64,000 nt of DNA from Cyanidioschyzon merolae. Its lineage: Eukaryota. Below the pieces are notes generated by a model that did not search any database, was not told the DNA's origin, and worked only from the letters and a program-made list of their open reading frames with translations. The position numbers were made by a program, and so were the translations under genes. Of the stretch, positions 20,940 to 31,910 are shown piece by piece (position 1 is the first letter of the stretch; each line of letters opens with the position of its first letter). Location of the stretch: NCBI GenBank assembly GCA_000091205.1, contig AP006497.2, one strand, 5' to 3'.

Positions 20940-22122
20940 CTCACTGCGCGACGAGCATGCGCCCTCACGTGGGCGATGTTTTCCTGCCGAGGTCTGCGTG
21001 CTCCGCCGCCCTCGCCAAGGTGCTCGGTAACGACCGCGCCGACAGAGTTCAGCTTGCAGCAGGGAATAACTAACCGTGAAACTATCCCAGAAACTCGCCG
21101 AGCAAATTTCGAAAGCAAAAAGCTGGCGACAAGGTTAAGCATCCGGTCCTGTACGAAAACAGCGACTCAATCCGAGGTTAGGAAATACAAGAGCAAGCTG
21201 TCGCGTGTCCGTATGGCGGCCACATACGCGCATTCCATATCGCAGAGATTCTGGACTGGTAAAAATCCACACCCAAAGCGCACTGAACCATCGTGCGGAG
21301 CGCACACGATACTCACAAAAGACACGACATTCCGTGGCTTCCAGGATCGACCAAAGCCGCGATACTCCATAAGACCTACCGCACTGGAATGGGGGCGGCT
21401 GTACATACAGGCATCCGCGGAACCTACGATGGTGACGCTCCCCATACACGAAGGTATCTGTGCATCCAGGTCGTCTGGTTCGATCGATCGATAGAATCTG
21501 GAATATGAAAAGAATCTCCCACACCATGTCCATAGCCAAAAGTATCGGTACTGAACGTGATAAACTCGTCTGTAGCTCGCTGCATTTCACAATGGCATCC
21601 TACTCGTAAGCGTCCTGCACATGAGGCAGGCCCCCACTGAAACAAATACAGTTTCCAGCATGCCATCCGCTCAAATGGACGCGATTGTTCCGTCTGTTCC
21701 GTTGCGTATTCGTCGGAATCACCCGGTATACATACATACACACGATGATGCATCTCGACTCTGACAGTTTGCGGTGACGTTCGTGTCCAGTGCAGTGCGT
21801 CCGTGGCGGCGCCACGACGCCAAGGGTGGCACGGCAACGACATCTGCATCATCATCGTTTGGGTCGTGGATCTTTCACCGTCACCGGATGCTCTTACATG
21901 CGTCACGCACTGCAACTGGTGAGCGCTAACACGTTTGCAGAAAAACTACGGTTTGTGGACCAAGAAGAAGCTGCGTTCTTGCTCCCTAATATGCCTTGTT
22001 CGCGGTATCGGGCCATAACATGCGCTCATAGGCATCACCGTGCAGTGGAAGGAGACAAATCGCTGTCTCAAGGGGCTTCCAACGGAGCGCGCATGCTACA
22101 GTTCACCTTTCGCATTGCATGT

Positions 22123-23253
22123 TTAGAGCCGAACGAGCACCCCTTGATTCTTCATGTACTGCTTGAGGTCGGGAATGCGAATCGTGTTGTCATGGAAAAG
22201 GGAGGCAGCCAACGCTGCCGATGCGCCACCTTGCGTCACTGCGTCCACAAAGTGCTGCATGGTGCCTGCACCACCACTCGCAATAACGGGAACGCATACC
22301 GCATCCACAACAGCACGGGTAAGCTCCAAATCGAAACCCGCCAAAGTTCCGTCCGCATCCATGCTTGTCAGCAGGATTTCCCCAGCTCCTAGCTCGGATC
22401 CTCTTTGCGCCCACTCCACAGCATCGATCCCGGTGGGTTTACGTCCGCCAGCGACATAGACTTCCCATTTACCCGGACTGCGCCTCTTTGCATCAATTGC
22501 AAGTACAATATTGGCCTTTCCGAGCTGGTATGCACATTCTTGGAGCAGCTCCGGGCGTGCAACAGCTGCGCTATTGATGGCGACTTTATCCGCTCCAGAG
22601 AGCAGCGTGCGTCGCGCATCCTCGACCGTGCGTATTCCACCGCCAACTGTCAACGGAATGAAGATGGATCCTGCGACCTGTTCTACAACTCGCAAAGTCG
22701 TCTCATGGCCGTTCGGTGTTGCCGAAATGTCGAGAAACACGAGTTCGTCGGCACCGTCCTCGTAGTAGACTCGGGCCTGCTCAACGGGGTCACCTGCGTC
22801 TCTGAGGTTTACAAAATTGATTCCCTTGACAACACGGCCATCCTTCACGTCCAAACATGGAATGATGCGCTTCGCGGGTCCCGAAATACGCTCCTGAGGT
22901 TCAAGCTGCTCATCCACCGACAATATGGTTGTCGTTGAAAGCGGCGACGAGGACGCAGCCGCCAGACATTGAACCGTGCGCGCTGCCCTGGAAGCTCGCC
23001 CACCAGATCCGCGACCAAAAGCAGCACAGCACCGCAGCTGCCAAGCCCCAACGCTAGCCCGCCAGGTGCTCTGCCGCTCGATCGGGAGACGCAAACAGAG
23101 GCTAAAGCCAAGCGCAGGACACTTCCGACTGCAACGCGTGTTCACCGTTCGACGGCAACGAGGTAGGGCGCTCGCCATGGCCCTTCCCCAGGACCTGGAC
23201 GTCAGCTTGAAGCCGCAAAAGATCCACCCGCAGTTGAAGTGGACGCAGCACAC
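22123..23253 (-). CDS. hisF: Imidazole glycerol phosphate synthase cyclase subunit HisF, stand-alone, with a ~110 aa presequence
   Basis: Motifs [48 protein letters not shown] and VIASGGAG are collinear with HisF. No HisH-like glutamine amidotransferase sequence precedes it in-frame. The likely start is at MASALPR near 23178. Confidence 0.85.
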   Translation of the reverse strand: MCCVHFNCGWIFCGFKLTSRSWGRAMASALPRCRRTVNTRCSRKCPALGFSLCLRLPIERQSTWRASVGAWQLRCCAAFGRGSGGRASRAARTVQCLAAASSSPLSTTTILSVDEQLEPQERISGPAKRIIPCLDVKDGRVVKGINFVNLRDAGDPVEQARVYYEDGADELVFLDISATPNGHETTLRVVEQVAGSIFIPLTVGGGIRTVEDARRTLLSGADKVAINSAAVARPELLQECAYQLGKANIVLAIDAKRRSPGKWEVYVAGGRKPTGIDAVEWAQRGSELGAGEILLTSMDADGTLAGFDLELTRAVVDAVCVPVIASGGAGTMQHFVDAVTQGGASAALAASLFHDNTIRIPDLKQYMKNQGVLVRL

Positions 23254-23385
23254 GCTGCAGCAGGAACCAGTACGAGTTCGGACTTGCTCCTGCTGCTCCT
23301 GCTGCTGCTCTCAAGCGTCAGCCAGGAGTCTGTCTCAGCTACGCCGCTGCTTCAGGCCTGCCTGCGCTCTACGGATACCTGTGCT

Positions 23386-23478
23386 GGACATTCGGTGCCA
23401 TCTCTAAAGTTGGACATCCGATGCCATCTCTAAAGTTGGACACTCGGTGCCATCTCTAAAGTTGGACATACGATGCCA
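23386..23478. repeat. 26-bp tandem repeat, ~3.5 units (ggacatNcgRtgccatctctaaagtt), in the HisF-ThrRS divergent intergenic region
   Basis: Read directly from the sequence: units at 23386, 23412 and 23438, plus a partial unit at 23464. Each unit contains ATGCCATCTCTAAAG. The last partial unit supplies the ATG of ORF 23473. Confidence 0.9.
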
Positions 23479-25719
23479 GCGACGGTTCCCAGGCCCCGGC
23501 TTGCACTGCGACATCTCGTCGACGTCGTCGACTGTACCGGGGATGATCGTCAACGGCATTGCGCTCTGGGCGTGCTGCTGCGTCTCTCCTGCCTCAGGTG
23601 TTGTTGTTGTTCTTGTTGTTGTCAGCGGCGTTGGCGGCTCGGCTCTGAGGTGCTTTCAAACCAGTATCCATTGTCAAGCCAAGCTATGCTTACACGTGCA
23701 GAAAACAGGGGTTTTGTGCGTTTATTGTTCATCTCACGTCTGGGTCTACTGCGCACGCCGTCGACCTTTGGACGCTGGGCAACAGCGTGCGCCCCCCAGC
23801 GGCGTGTACGTGTCGAACAAACAGCGAGGCCGCTTGCTCATTGCTGCGGCGTCCGAGGGCTGCGGTCGTGCTCAGCGGCATCGACACCGCGTACCAGTCA
23901 ACAAGCGAACGCAAGTCAGAAAGCACCTGTCGCTGCTGGTGACGCAACGGGGACCTCTCGACTCGACGCACTGCCGACGAACGAGACGAATCCAAGGCTG
24001 TTGCGCATTCGCCATACCTGTGCTCACGTTATGGCTATGGCCGTACAGAGAATATTCCCCGAAGCCAAAGTGACTATTGGGCCTTGGATAGATAACGGCT
24101 TTTACTATGACTTCGATATCAGTCACCCATTCTCACCGCAAGACCTCGAGCGCATCAAACAGGTCATGGATGAGATTATTCTAGCGGATTTGCCGCTAAA
24201 ATGCGTGGCGCTCTCACGCGAAGAGGCGCGCGCCCGCGTCGAAGCACTCGGTGAGCCGTATAAGCTGGAGATATTGGATTCGATCACCGAGGAACCAATC
24301 ACGATCTATTCCGTTGGAGACGACTGGTGGGACCTCTGTGCCGGGCCACACGTTGCCAGGACCGGCGAGATCAACCCGGAAGCGGTGCAGCTGGAGGGTG
24401 TTGCTGGCGCCTACTGGCGCGGCGACGAGTCGAAACCGATGCTCCAACGCATCTACGGAACCGCTTGGGAGACGCCTGAACAGCTTCAAGAGTATCTACG
24501 TCGCCGTGAGGAGGCCAAACGCCGAGATCATCGCGTGCTCGGAGAGCGGCTTGGTTTATTCTCCATTCAGCAAGATTTGGCTGGACCAGGGCTTGTTTTC
24601 TGGCACCCGAAAGGAGCCTTTATTAGGAATATGATCGAGACTTTCTGGAAGGATGCGCATCTTGCGGACGGCTATCAATTGCTGTACACTCCGCATCTTT
24701 CCGACCGCGAATTGTTCCGCGTTTCCGGTCATGTGGACTTTTACGCGGAGAGCATGTTCAAACCGATTGAGTGCGAATCTCGAGAGATTATAGCCAAGCC
24801 AATGAACTGTCCACATCATGTTCTGGTGTACAAGAGCAAATTACGCTCGTATCGAGAGCTTCCGGTGCGCTTCGCCGAGTTGGGTACTGTCTACAGGTAC
24901 GAGCGATCGGGCACGTTGCACGGTCTCATGCGCGTTCGTGGGTTCACTCAAGATGACGCGCATATTTTCTGCACGTTTGATCAGCTGCGATCCGAAATCA
25001 AGCGAGTCCTAGACCTCACTGAAACAATACTATCGCGTTTTGGATTCCGTGACTATCAGGTGCATTTATCGACCCGACCCAAAGTTTCCATTGGTAGTGA
25101 AGAGGCCTGGTCGCGTTCCGAGCAGGCGCTGCGCCTTGCGCTCGAGGACAAGGGATGGTCTTTCACCGTTGATGAAGGTGAAGGGGCCTTCTACGGAGCG
25201 AAGATCGATTTGAAAGTTCGTGACGCACTCGGTCGTTTATGGCAGTGCTCTACCATCCAGTGCGACTTCAATTTACCCGAACGATTCAATTTAGAATACG
25301 TAGCGAGTGATGGTTCACGCGAGCGACCTGTCATGGTGCATCGCGCGATATTCGGCTCGCTGGAACGCTTTTTTGGGATTCTGATCGAGAATAGCGCCGG
25401 GGACTTTCCGTTGTGGCTCGCGCCAATACAGCTCCGGCTGCTACCTGTCTCTGACAAATTCTTACCGTTCTGCGAGCAGGTGGTCGACAAGGCCCGTCGA
25501 CGTCGTCTCAGAGCGGAGATCGATCTGTCAGCGAATCGCCTCGGCAAAAAAGTTCTCAACGCAGAAGAGGAGCACATTCCCTACATGGCCATTGTCGGTA
25601 AGCGCGAGGTTGAATCGGATGCACTGTCGATGCGTTCTAGACACAAAGGCGATCTGGGATCTGTACCAGTAGACGAAATCCTCGCCCGTCTGGAATGTGA
25701 AGCGTCTATGCAGCTCTGA
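23473..25719 (+). CDS. thrS: Threonyl-tRNA synthetase, bacterial/organellar type; the conserved part runs from ~23990 and the N-terminus is uncertain
   Basis: The editing-domain HxxxH motif HTCAHVMAMAV and the class II motifs are present. MNCPHHVLVYKSKLRSYRELPVRFAELGTVYRYERSGTLHGLMRVRGFTQDDAHIFC is nearly identical to E. coli ThrRS motif 2/3. The first ~170 aa of the ORF are low-complexity (CCCCSCCC) with no TGS domain. Confidence 0.85.
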   Translation: MPATVPRPRLALRHLVDVVDCTGDDRQRHCALGVLLRLSCLRCCCCSCCCQRRWRLGSEVLSNQYPLSSQAMLTRAENRGFVRLLFISRLGLLRTPSTFGRWATACAPQRRVRVEQTARPLAHCCGVRGLRSCSAASTPRTSQQANASQKAPVAAGDATGTSRLDALPTNETNPRLLRIRHTCAHVMAMAVQRIFPEAKVTIGPWIDNGFYYDFDISHPFSPQDLERIKQVMDEIILADLPLKCVALSREEARARVEALGEPYKLEILDSITEEPITIYSVGDDWWDLCAGPHVARTGEINPEAVQLEGVAGAYWRGDESKPMLQRIYGTAWETPEQLQEYLRRREEAKRRDHRVLGERLGLFSIQQDLAGPGLVFWHPKGAFIRNMIETFWKDAHLADGYQLLYTPHLSDRELFRVSGHVDFYAESMFKPIECESREIIAKPMNCPHHVLVYKSKLRSYRELPVRFAELGTVYRYERSGTLHGLMRVRGFTQDDAHIFCTFDQLRSEIKRVLDLTETILSRFGFRDYQVHLSTRPKVSIGSEEAWSRSEQALRLALEDKGWSFTVDEGEGAFYGAKIDLKVRDALGRLWQCSTIQCDFNLPERFNLEYVASDGSRERPVMVHRAIFGSLERFFGILIENSAGDFPLWLAPIQLRLLPVSDKFLPFCEQVVDKARRRRLRAEIDLSANRLGKKVLNAEEEHIPYMAIVGKREVESDALSMRSRHKGDLGSVPVDEILARLECEASMQL

Positions 25720-25746
25720 GCACGCGGCACTGCGAGCTCATGACGG

Positions 25747-27654
25747 CTAACCACCGAAACCGCGACGACTCGCGGGCGTGCCTGCCCGCTGACTTGCCGC
25801 ATGCGCGCCGCCGCCGCCGCCGCTGCTGCTACTGCGTCGTCGCCGCATCCGATCAGCGTACGGCGTGAAGCAGCGAAAAATCTCCCGCACCCGGGGTTCC
25901 AGCGTCGCATTAGCAGTACCCGATCCACCGTAACTGGGCACCCTCTGACCAATCAGGGCTTTCATAGACGCTAAAGTCTGTGCAAGCACCGCGTCGTCGG
26001 CGAATCCGAGGGCATCAGGGTGCGGCAGCGCTGCGCGAACCCACAAGATGCCCGTCACCGTGGAGCGTCCCCGCACATAAACCACAATCGTGTGCTCAGG
26101 GCCTGGTAATCGACCGTTAGCGCTTTCACCAGAAGCGTCCACTCCCGAGCACACGTACTGATACATCTCGTCCGAGGCATGGAGATCCCCAAACCAGAGC
26201 AAAGTTGTACTCCCGAAAGAGAACTGATGCGCAGCCTGATCGCTGTAGACTTGCCGAGCGCCACGCATATTGCGCGCCGCCATGCGTGCCGTACGGCATG
26301 CGTGTTCGAGGCCGCAGGCGCGTCGACGCCCAGCGACGGGATCCGGGAAGCACAGCGCATCGCCAGCGACGTACACGTCCGAGGCAGCTGCCAGCTCTCG
26401 ATTGCAAACGATGCCACCAAGGATTGCATCGATTTCCAGGTGTTGCACCTGTTTGAGCACTGCAACGCCGCCGGGTGGACGCGCTTTATTCAAGACGGTA
26501 AATCGATCGGTGCGAAACGAGACAGCAACGCTACGATCGTAGGTTCGGACGAAGAACAACTCTAGATCGCTCTGGGCGGCAGCTGTATCGGTGCGCTCCT
26601 GAATATAGCGCGGTTCTGCGTACGGGATAAGTTCGATGCCCAGATCGCGGAGGCTTTGTGCGACTTGTTTGGCAACTTCTTTGGGTAGGAATTCTCCGAG
26701 CGGCTCCGACTCGGGGAACAGAATGGTCACTGAATGGAGACCGCCGCTCCAAGTTCGGATTTCGGATGCGAGCACACAGGCATACCAGTCCAGTCCCAGC
26801 AGGGTGTAGTGCCTCGGTTCGGTGCATTCGCGCCAATCACAGCCCGCATGAAGTTGGCCGGCGGGTATAAAGTAGCGGCTCGCATTCGGACCCATGACGC
26901 AGCTGTCTGGGCAACTGTTTTCTTGGCCGGTTGCAAGCAGAAGTCGTCCGTAACGAATGGGATCGACGCCCTCGAGTGTAACGGTCTTCTGTTCAACGTC
27001 TAGGGCCTGTAATCGATGGCCTTCGTGGAATACCCGGTGGTGGTTTACCCATCGTTTACACTGTTCTTGCGTCCAGGATGGATCGTAGCTCTGGTCCGTG
27101 ACCACCAGAAGCGAGGCGTCTGCGTCACACCGAGCAAGTTCTGCCGCTGCCTCGTGGGCCGCTGGTCCACCGCCAATAATCACATAGTCGTAGGAAGAAC
27201 CAATAGATGCTGATGCTTTGTGCGAGAGAGACTTGACTTTCGAGTTTTCGGCCGCCTCGCAAGAGGTTTCGTTCGCTATTGCGCTGGAGACGGAAAACCA
27301 AGGTGCCTTGAGGGCGCACCAAACGCGAAACTGATTCCAAAAGTGAAATCGTCGTCTATAGTTGCAACGTTCGTGGGGCTCCTTATCCAAACGATCCGCT
27401 GCACTTGGGTGCCACAAGCCTGCACCCAGCTGGTTCGTCAGACTGTCGCTATCCCCTGCGAAAGCGAAGAGTCCGAGCCCCGCAGTCAGGCCACTCGCCA
27501 GGCAAGTCTTGAGCAACCCACGACGTGCTGAACAAGTTCGCAGACCAGAACAGGAACGAGACAGCAGCTCGAAACAGTACAGTGCTCTTCCCCAGCTCAT
27601 GAACCAGCTGCTCAGTGCGCTGAACCCGCCGTTCCAACTGTATAGTGAGAGCAC
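25747..27654 (-). CDS. FAD/NAD(P)-binding pyridine nucleotide-disulfide oxidoreductase family protein (AIF/ferredoxin-reductase-like)
   Basis: A Rossmann dinucleotide motif YDYVIIGGGPAAHEAAAEL is followed by a second nucleotide-binding region and a DVYVAGDA motif. The C-terminal tail is low-complexity and Gly/Ser-rich, with a GCC-repeat DNA tract at ~25800-25830. Confidence 0.65.
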   Translation of the reverse strand: MLSLYSWNGGFSALSSWFMSWGRALYCFELLSRSCSGLRTCSARRGLLKTCLASGLTAGLGLFAFAGDSDSLTNQLGAGLWHPSAADRLDKEPHERCNYRRRFHFWNQFRVWCALKAPWFSVSSAIANETSCEAAENSKVKSLSHKASASIGSSYDYVIIGGGPAAHEAAAELARCDADASLLVVTDQSYDPSWTQEQCKRWVNHHRVFHEGHRLQALDVEQKTVTLEGVDPIRYGRLLLATGQENSCPDSCVMGPNASRYFIPAGQLHAGCDWRECTEPRHYTLLGLDWYACVLASEIRTWSGGLHSVTILFPESEPLGEFLPKEVAKQVAQSLRDLGIELIPYAEPRYIQERTDTAAAQSDLELFFVRTYDRSVAVSFRTDRFTVLNKARPPGGVAVLKQVQHLEIDAILGGIVCNRELAAASDVYVAGDALCFPDPVAGRRRACGLEHACRTARMAARNMRGARQVYSDQAAHQFSFGSTTLLWFGDLHASDEMYQYVCSGVDASGESANGRLPGPEHTIVVYVRGRSTVTGILWVRAALPHPDALGFADDAVLAQTLASMKALIGQRVPSYGGSGTANATLEPRVREIFRCFTPYADRMRRRRSSSSGGGGGAHAASQRAGTPASRRGFGG

Positions 27655-29127
27655 GTTTGCGAAAGACCATTACCTGAAGTATGCGCATTGCGATCTAGCG
27701 GAAACGCATTCCCTGGCTACGAGGCGACTGCGACTGCAACAGACGCCTTTTGTTGCTGGAAGGCCCAAAGCGAAGTGCTCCTGGTGCGTTTTCGGCACTT
27801 TGCAAGTCGCATGTGCGCAATGCACAAACCCGTAAAGCGGAGATTGGGGCAACACCGTTGATTCTTCAGCGGATAAGCATGGTCCATTTTTTAGCTGCAG
27901 GATAGATGTGGCTTCCAGGGATACCGCAGTAAGGGCTTGTTATCATCATCGGTGGAAGTAAACACGATTCCATGTCAGATTCCCTAAATTGCACCAACCA
28001 GAACCCAGAATTCTGCTCGGGCGTGGTTGTAAGACGGGCGTCCATTTGCTGCGTTTTCGTGATACATCGCTGAGCAATCTAGTCAAATCTCCCGGGAAGC
28101 GCGAACGCCACCAATAACAATGAAGCAACTTCTTCTCCGCATGAGATTGTATCAGGCTGAACCAGTCCCCGAATCGCTCGCCTTGCAGAGGCCAATGCTC
28201 CATCCATGCATCGCTGGCACGGGGCAGCGTCTCAGAAGCACCATGCGGCAGCTCTCGCGGGACCGAACCATTGCAAAATCGGTGCTTCCAGAACGATACG
28301 ATCACAGGCTCAGGACTAAACAAGCCCGTTCAGTGATTGGCTGCGCAATTCGCTCGCGAAACCGCGACAAGGCGCATTCTGCATCGGTGAGGTCGGCGCG
28401 GTCCAGAGATGAACGCGTGTCGCTCCCAAGCGCCCGGCTACATCACCTCAAGCAACCCAGGCACTGAGGCGCGATCACGCCCGCCCCAAATGTGACACAC
28501 GTGCGTCTGCCGCTACACGTCGTCACATTCCTCATCCGCACACGTGCCTCGTTCCGTGCCGATGCTCGAACGCATGCACCCGTCTCAGCTGTCACGCAGG
28601 CGCGAACGCGTGCGACCTGGTGATTCCCTGTTGGCTTCGAGCAGCGCACGCACCGGCGCTCCAGGCGTCCTTGCAGACTCTTAACCCTAGGGGCCATAAG
28701 AACCAACCATTACCCCCAGAGGAAAGTGTAGATGGTGCCGATCCTGCTGGTGATGGTCATTGCGGTTATTGCGTGGAGAGCCGAAGCCCAATTGCGACAA
28801 ATTGGCCTTCGGGTCTACCGCGTGCCGATCGCAATCGCGCGCACTCAGGAATCCTCGCCTGGATGCGGCGTTCCCGCACCCCTATAAGGAAAATACAGTC
28901 TAGCGCCTGCGCCTGACGTGCCCGGCCTGTCGACGCGCGAAATCTCCGGTGTCTCTGAGAGCCGCACACGCCCGAGCGATCGGTGCAGGCGACACGCGCG
29001 CACCAGTCGCAGCAACGTGATGGCGTCGATCGCTGCGTCCCGCCACGGCACGGCATCGCTTGACGTGGACCGTGATCTGTCTGATGGTGTGTACTGGACT
29101 GCGTGAATAGAATTTCTGTAGCTTTGT

Positions 29128-30198
29128 GTGTTGCCCCAGTCGCTTCAGGCACCTGAAACCATGAACGTACCACAAAAGTTCCATATAGAGGATGCGACGA
29201 TACAGGGTGTGCGAATGGCGCTTTCTCACCCGCGCGAGTGGGTGCCTGGTCTCGTCCACGCGCTGCGCACAGCGCAGAGCCCGGTGGGCGCTGCACCGCT
29301 AGCTGCAGCGCTCTGGTTCTCTATGCTGTGTGCGCTATGGGCGTATGTACGCTCAAACATAACCGGCAGTACGTCGCAAGTAGACATGATGTGGTCACTG
29401 CTGCCGCCTGCATACGTTACCTGGTTTGCTGCACTTGCTTTCTACACTTCGGGGGCGTCTCCGCGACTCGCGGTGATGACGGCGCTCGCGCTGGCGTGGT
29501 CGATTCGAATGACGTACAACTTCGCACGCAAGGGTGGATACTCTGGCGTGGAAGACTACCGCTGGCCGGTGTTGAGGCGGAGGATCTCGAACCCGATCCT
29601 CTGGCAGCTCTTCAATATCGGCTTTGTGAGTATTTACCAGAACTTGCTGCTTCTGAGTCTGGCTCTGCCCGCGTGGGCGGTCTTCCTTCGGAGTCAAAGC
29701 GCCTGGACTGCAGTGGACACTGCAGCTTTATCCATGTTTCTCATGTTTCTGCTTCTCGAGACCGTGGCAGATGAGCAGCAATGGCGTTTTCAGTGTCGAA
29801 AGCACGCCTTGACGCTAGTTCAACGTGCGCAGCACCCGAACCCAGATATCCGCCGAGGTTTCCTCACAAGTGGCCTCTTTCGTTTCTCACGGCATCCGAA
29901 TTTCTTTGCCGAGCAAGGTATGTGGTGGGCGTTTTATCTCTTTGCTGTAGGTGCCGTACTAGGCGAACAGAAGAACCCCGCATGGTGGCGAGTGATCTTC
30001 CAGGGGAGCGCGGTGCCTTTCTTCCACTGGAGTATCATCGGGCCTGTGCAGTTGACGCTTCTCTTCCAGGGAAGCACCTGGTTAACTGAACAGCTCAGTT
30101 TGGAGAAATATGGGGATCTGTACCGCGCCTATCAGCGGCGGACAAGCCGCCTGATACCCATGTGGGCGCCCGCGCTTCTCAAGGAGCATCGAGCGTAA
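29128..30198 (+). CDS. DUF1295-family polytopic membrane protein (steroid 5-alpha-reductase / ICMT-like fold)
   Basis: Multiple hydrophobic helices are present, along with the C-terminal signature SGLFRFSRHPNFFAEQGMWWAFYLF, which is typical of DUF1295/ICMT-like proteins (RHPNYFGE). Confidence 0.6.
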   Translation: MLPQSLQAPETMNVPQKFHIEDATIQGVRMALSHPREWVPGLVHALRTAQSPVGAAPLAAALWFSMLCALWAYVRSNITGSTSQVDMMWSLLPPAYVTWFAALAFYTSGASPRLAVMTALALAWSIRMTYNFARKGGYSGVEDYRWPVLRRRISNPILWQLFNIGFVSIYQNLLLLSLALPAWAVFLRSQSAWTAVDTAALSMFLMFLLLETVADEQQWRFQCRKHALTLVQRAQHPNPDIRRGFLTSGLFRFSRHPNFFAEQGMWWAFYLFAVGAVLGEQKNPAWWRVIFQGSAVPFFHWSIIGPVQLTLLFQGSTWLTEQLSLEKYGDLYRAYQRRTSRLIPMWAPALLKEHRA

Positions 30199-31910
30199 GA
30201 GCTGGAACAGGACAGTTTTCTGGTACGCTGATGTTATTCTGCTTACCCAGACGAGACGAGGCTGAAAAATTTCCAGTTGCAGACGGCACTTAGATTTCAA
30301 GTGTCTGGCGCATGTCGTTTCCTTGGTTGCGATCATGCCGCGTGAATATGATGTGACCAGACGGCTTCTGATTTGAAGAGCGATCGCCGCCCCTGCCGGT
30401 CGAGCAGGAATCATTGTGTCGGACTATCCGCGGGACTGCGAGCTCCTCATATCGTTCTCGGCATGCGCAAACCGACCCACACGGGTCATTGTTTCCAAGT
30501 TCCGTTCCCCATCCGCTTGCATAGTGCAAGCAGTTTCAAAGCTTGGTACCGGCGGTCTCCATTGAGGTGCGTCACTACTTCTTGTAAAACATGCGCAAGC
30601 CCAAGAACATCTAGCGCAAACGTCTACAGAGGCCTGCAGCGCCGTTCTTCTCATGCGCTGCGACCTGGGCAGTGCCTCTCGTGTCGTAGCAAGCGGTCGC
30701 TACGCGGCTCAGCGCCAGCAGGGTTGCAAAATCGATCATACGTCGATGTCAGTTGGGGAAAGGGAGCTGGAGCGCATTGAGCGGAGACAAACATTAATAG
30801 GACCGCGGCTTCCTCTATGGTTACCAGCAGGAATCGCACATCCGAGGTATTCAAGAACCGGGAAGAAAAGTAAATGAATGCGAGGCCGCAGTTCCATGCG
30901 TGTGCAGAGTGCCTACCCGGCCCCTTGAACGCAAGCTGAGGCGGTCGAGCAGCGGCACTACTCGCAAACACGCCTCGAATGGGAAGCTGACACACTCGAG
31001 TCCTTGAGCACAAGTCTCTGACCCGACGCAGTAGCAGTTACTCAAACGTTTGTGGCCAGTCAATGCCCTGCAACGCAACGGATCCGCACACTTTACGAAT
31101 TTGCCCATGGCAACGGGTCAAGCGGCACCATGTTCCTTTTGGCGGAGACTACCCGGGTACGACCACAACTGGCAAACATCTGAGCGCTCCGCCGGGATGC
31201 TTCCGCCTGCCACACAGTTCGTCGCGGCGTCAGCGGAAGACCTCGTGTCGAGTCCGTAAAACGCATTGGACCTTCTCGTAACTCGAACGTGGCGTAGCCA
31301 TGCGCGATGAAGGCATTCAGTGTGAAGCTGGATGGCATCTCAGGGCTCTCGCTCGTCTACCCATACTGTAAGCGATGTTGACCGAGTTTGCTCCTGGTCC
31401 CTAGGCAGGGCGAGCCATGTAGCTCGGCCCCCGCCTGAGTCGTTCGAACGAGCCGGGCGAGCGCACTGCTGCCGAGACTCGTACCCAGAAGACCTCTTCG
31501 TTATGAATGCATTGGATACCACAAAATACGAGTTTATCGCCGAATCGGGCGCGAGGCAATCAGAGCAGGCTTCCAGATGACGCGGGAGGCTCAAACGAGA
31601 CCCAGAAGGTCGCAGATAACCCAACACCGAGTAAAAGTCGATTCCAGGAACAATTAAAATCTTTGCAAGCGGGTAGGCGCGCCTCTCGAAGCCGTATGCA
31701 CCATCCAGTCGCTGCAGCTGGAGCGACCGGGCGCACGCCTCACCTGGTAATAGTCGTCTCCTCGGGAACGACTCCAGCGTGTGGATCGGCTTCTCGAAGG
31801 TGTCCCTGGTCAGCTTTGTCGGAACGCCCGGGCCCCGCTAAATGGCAGCATACTGCGTACGCACTGCTGCAAGTATTGCGTGCGGATCGCAGTCTGGACT
31901 CAGGTGCGCC

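Noticed and set aside
23254-23472. A HisH domain upstream of HisF
   Set aside because: Only ~220 bp separate HisF from the divergent ThrRS ORF. No glutamine-amidotransferase triad motifs are seen in any frame there.
23386-23478. The 26-bp tandem repeat as a CRISPR array
   Set aside because: The units are directly adjacent with no spacers, there are only ~3.5 units, and they lie in a eukaryotic divergent promoter.
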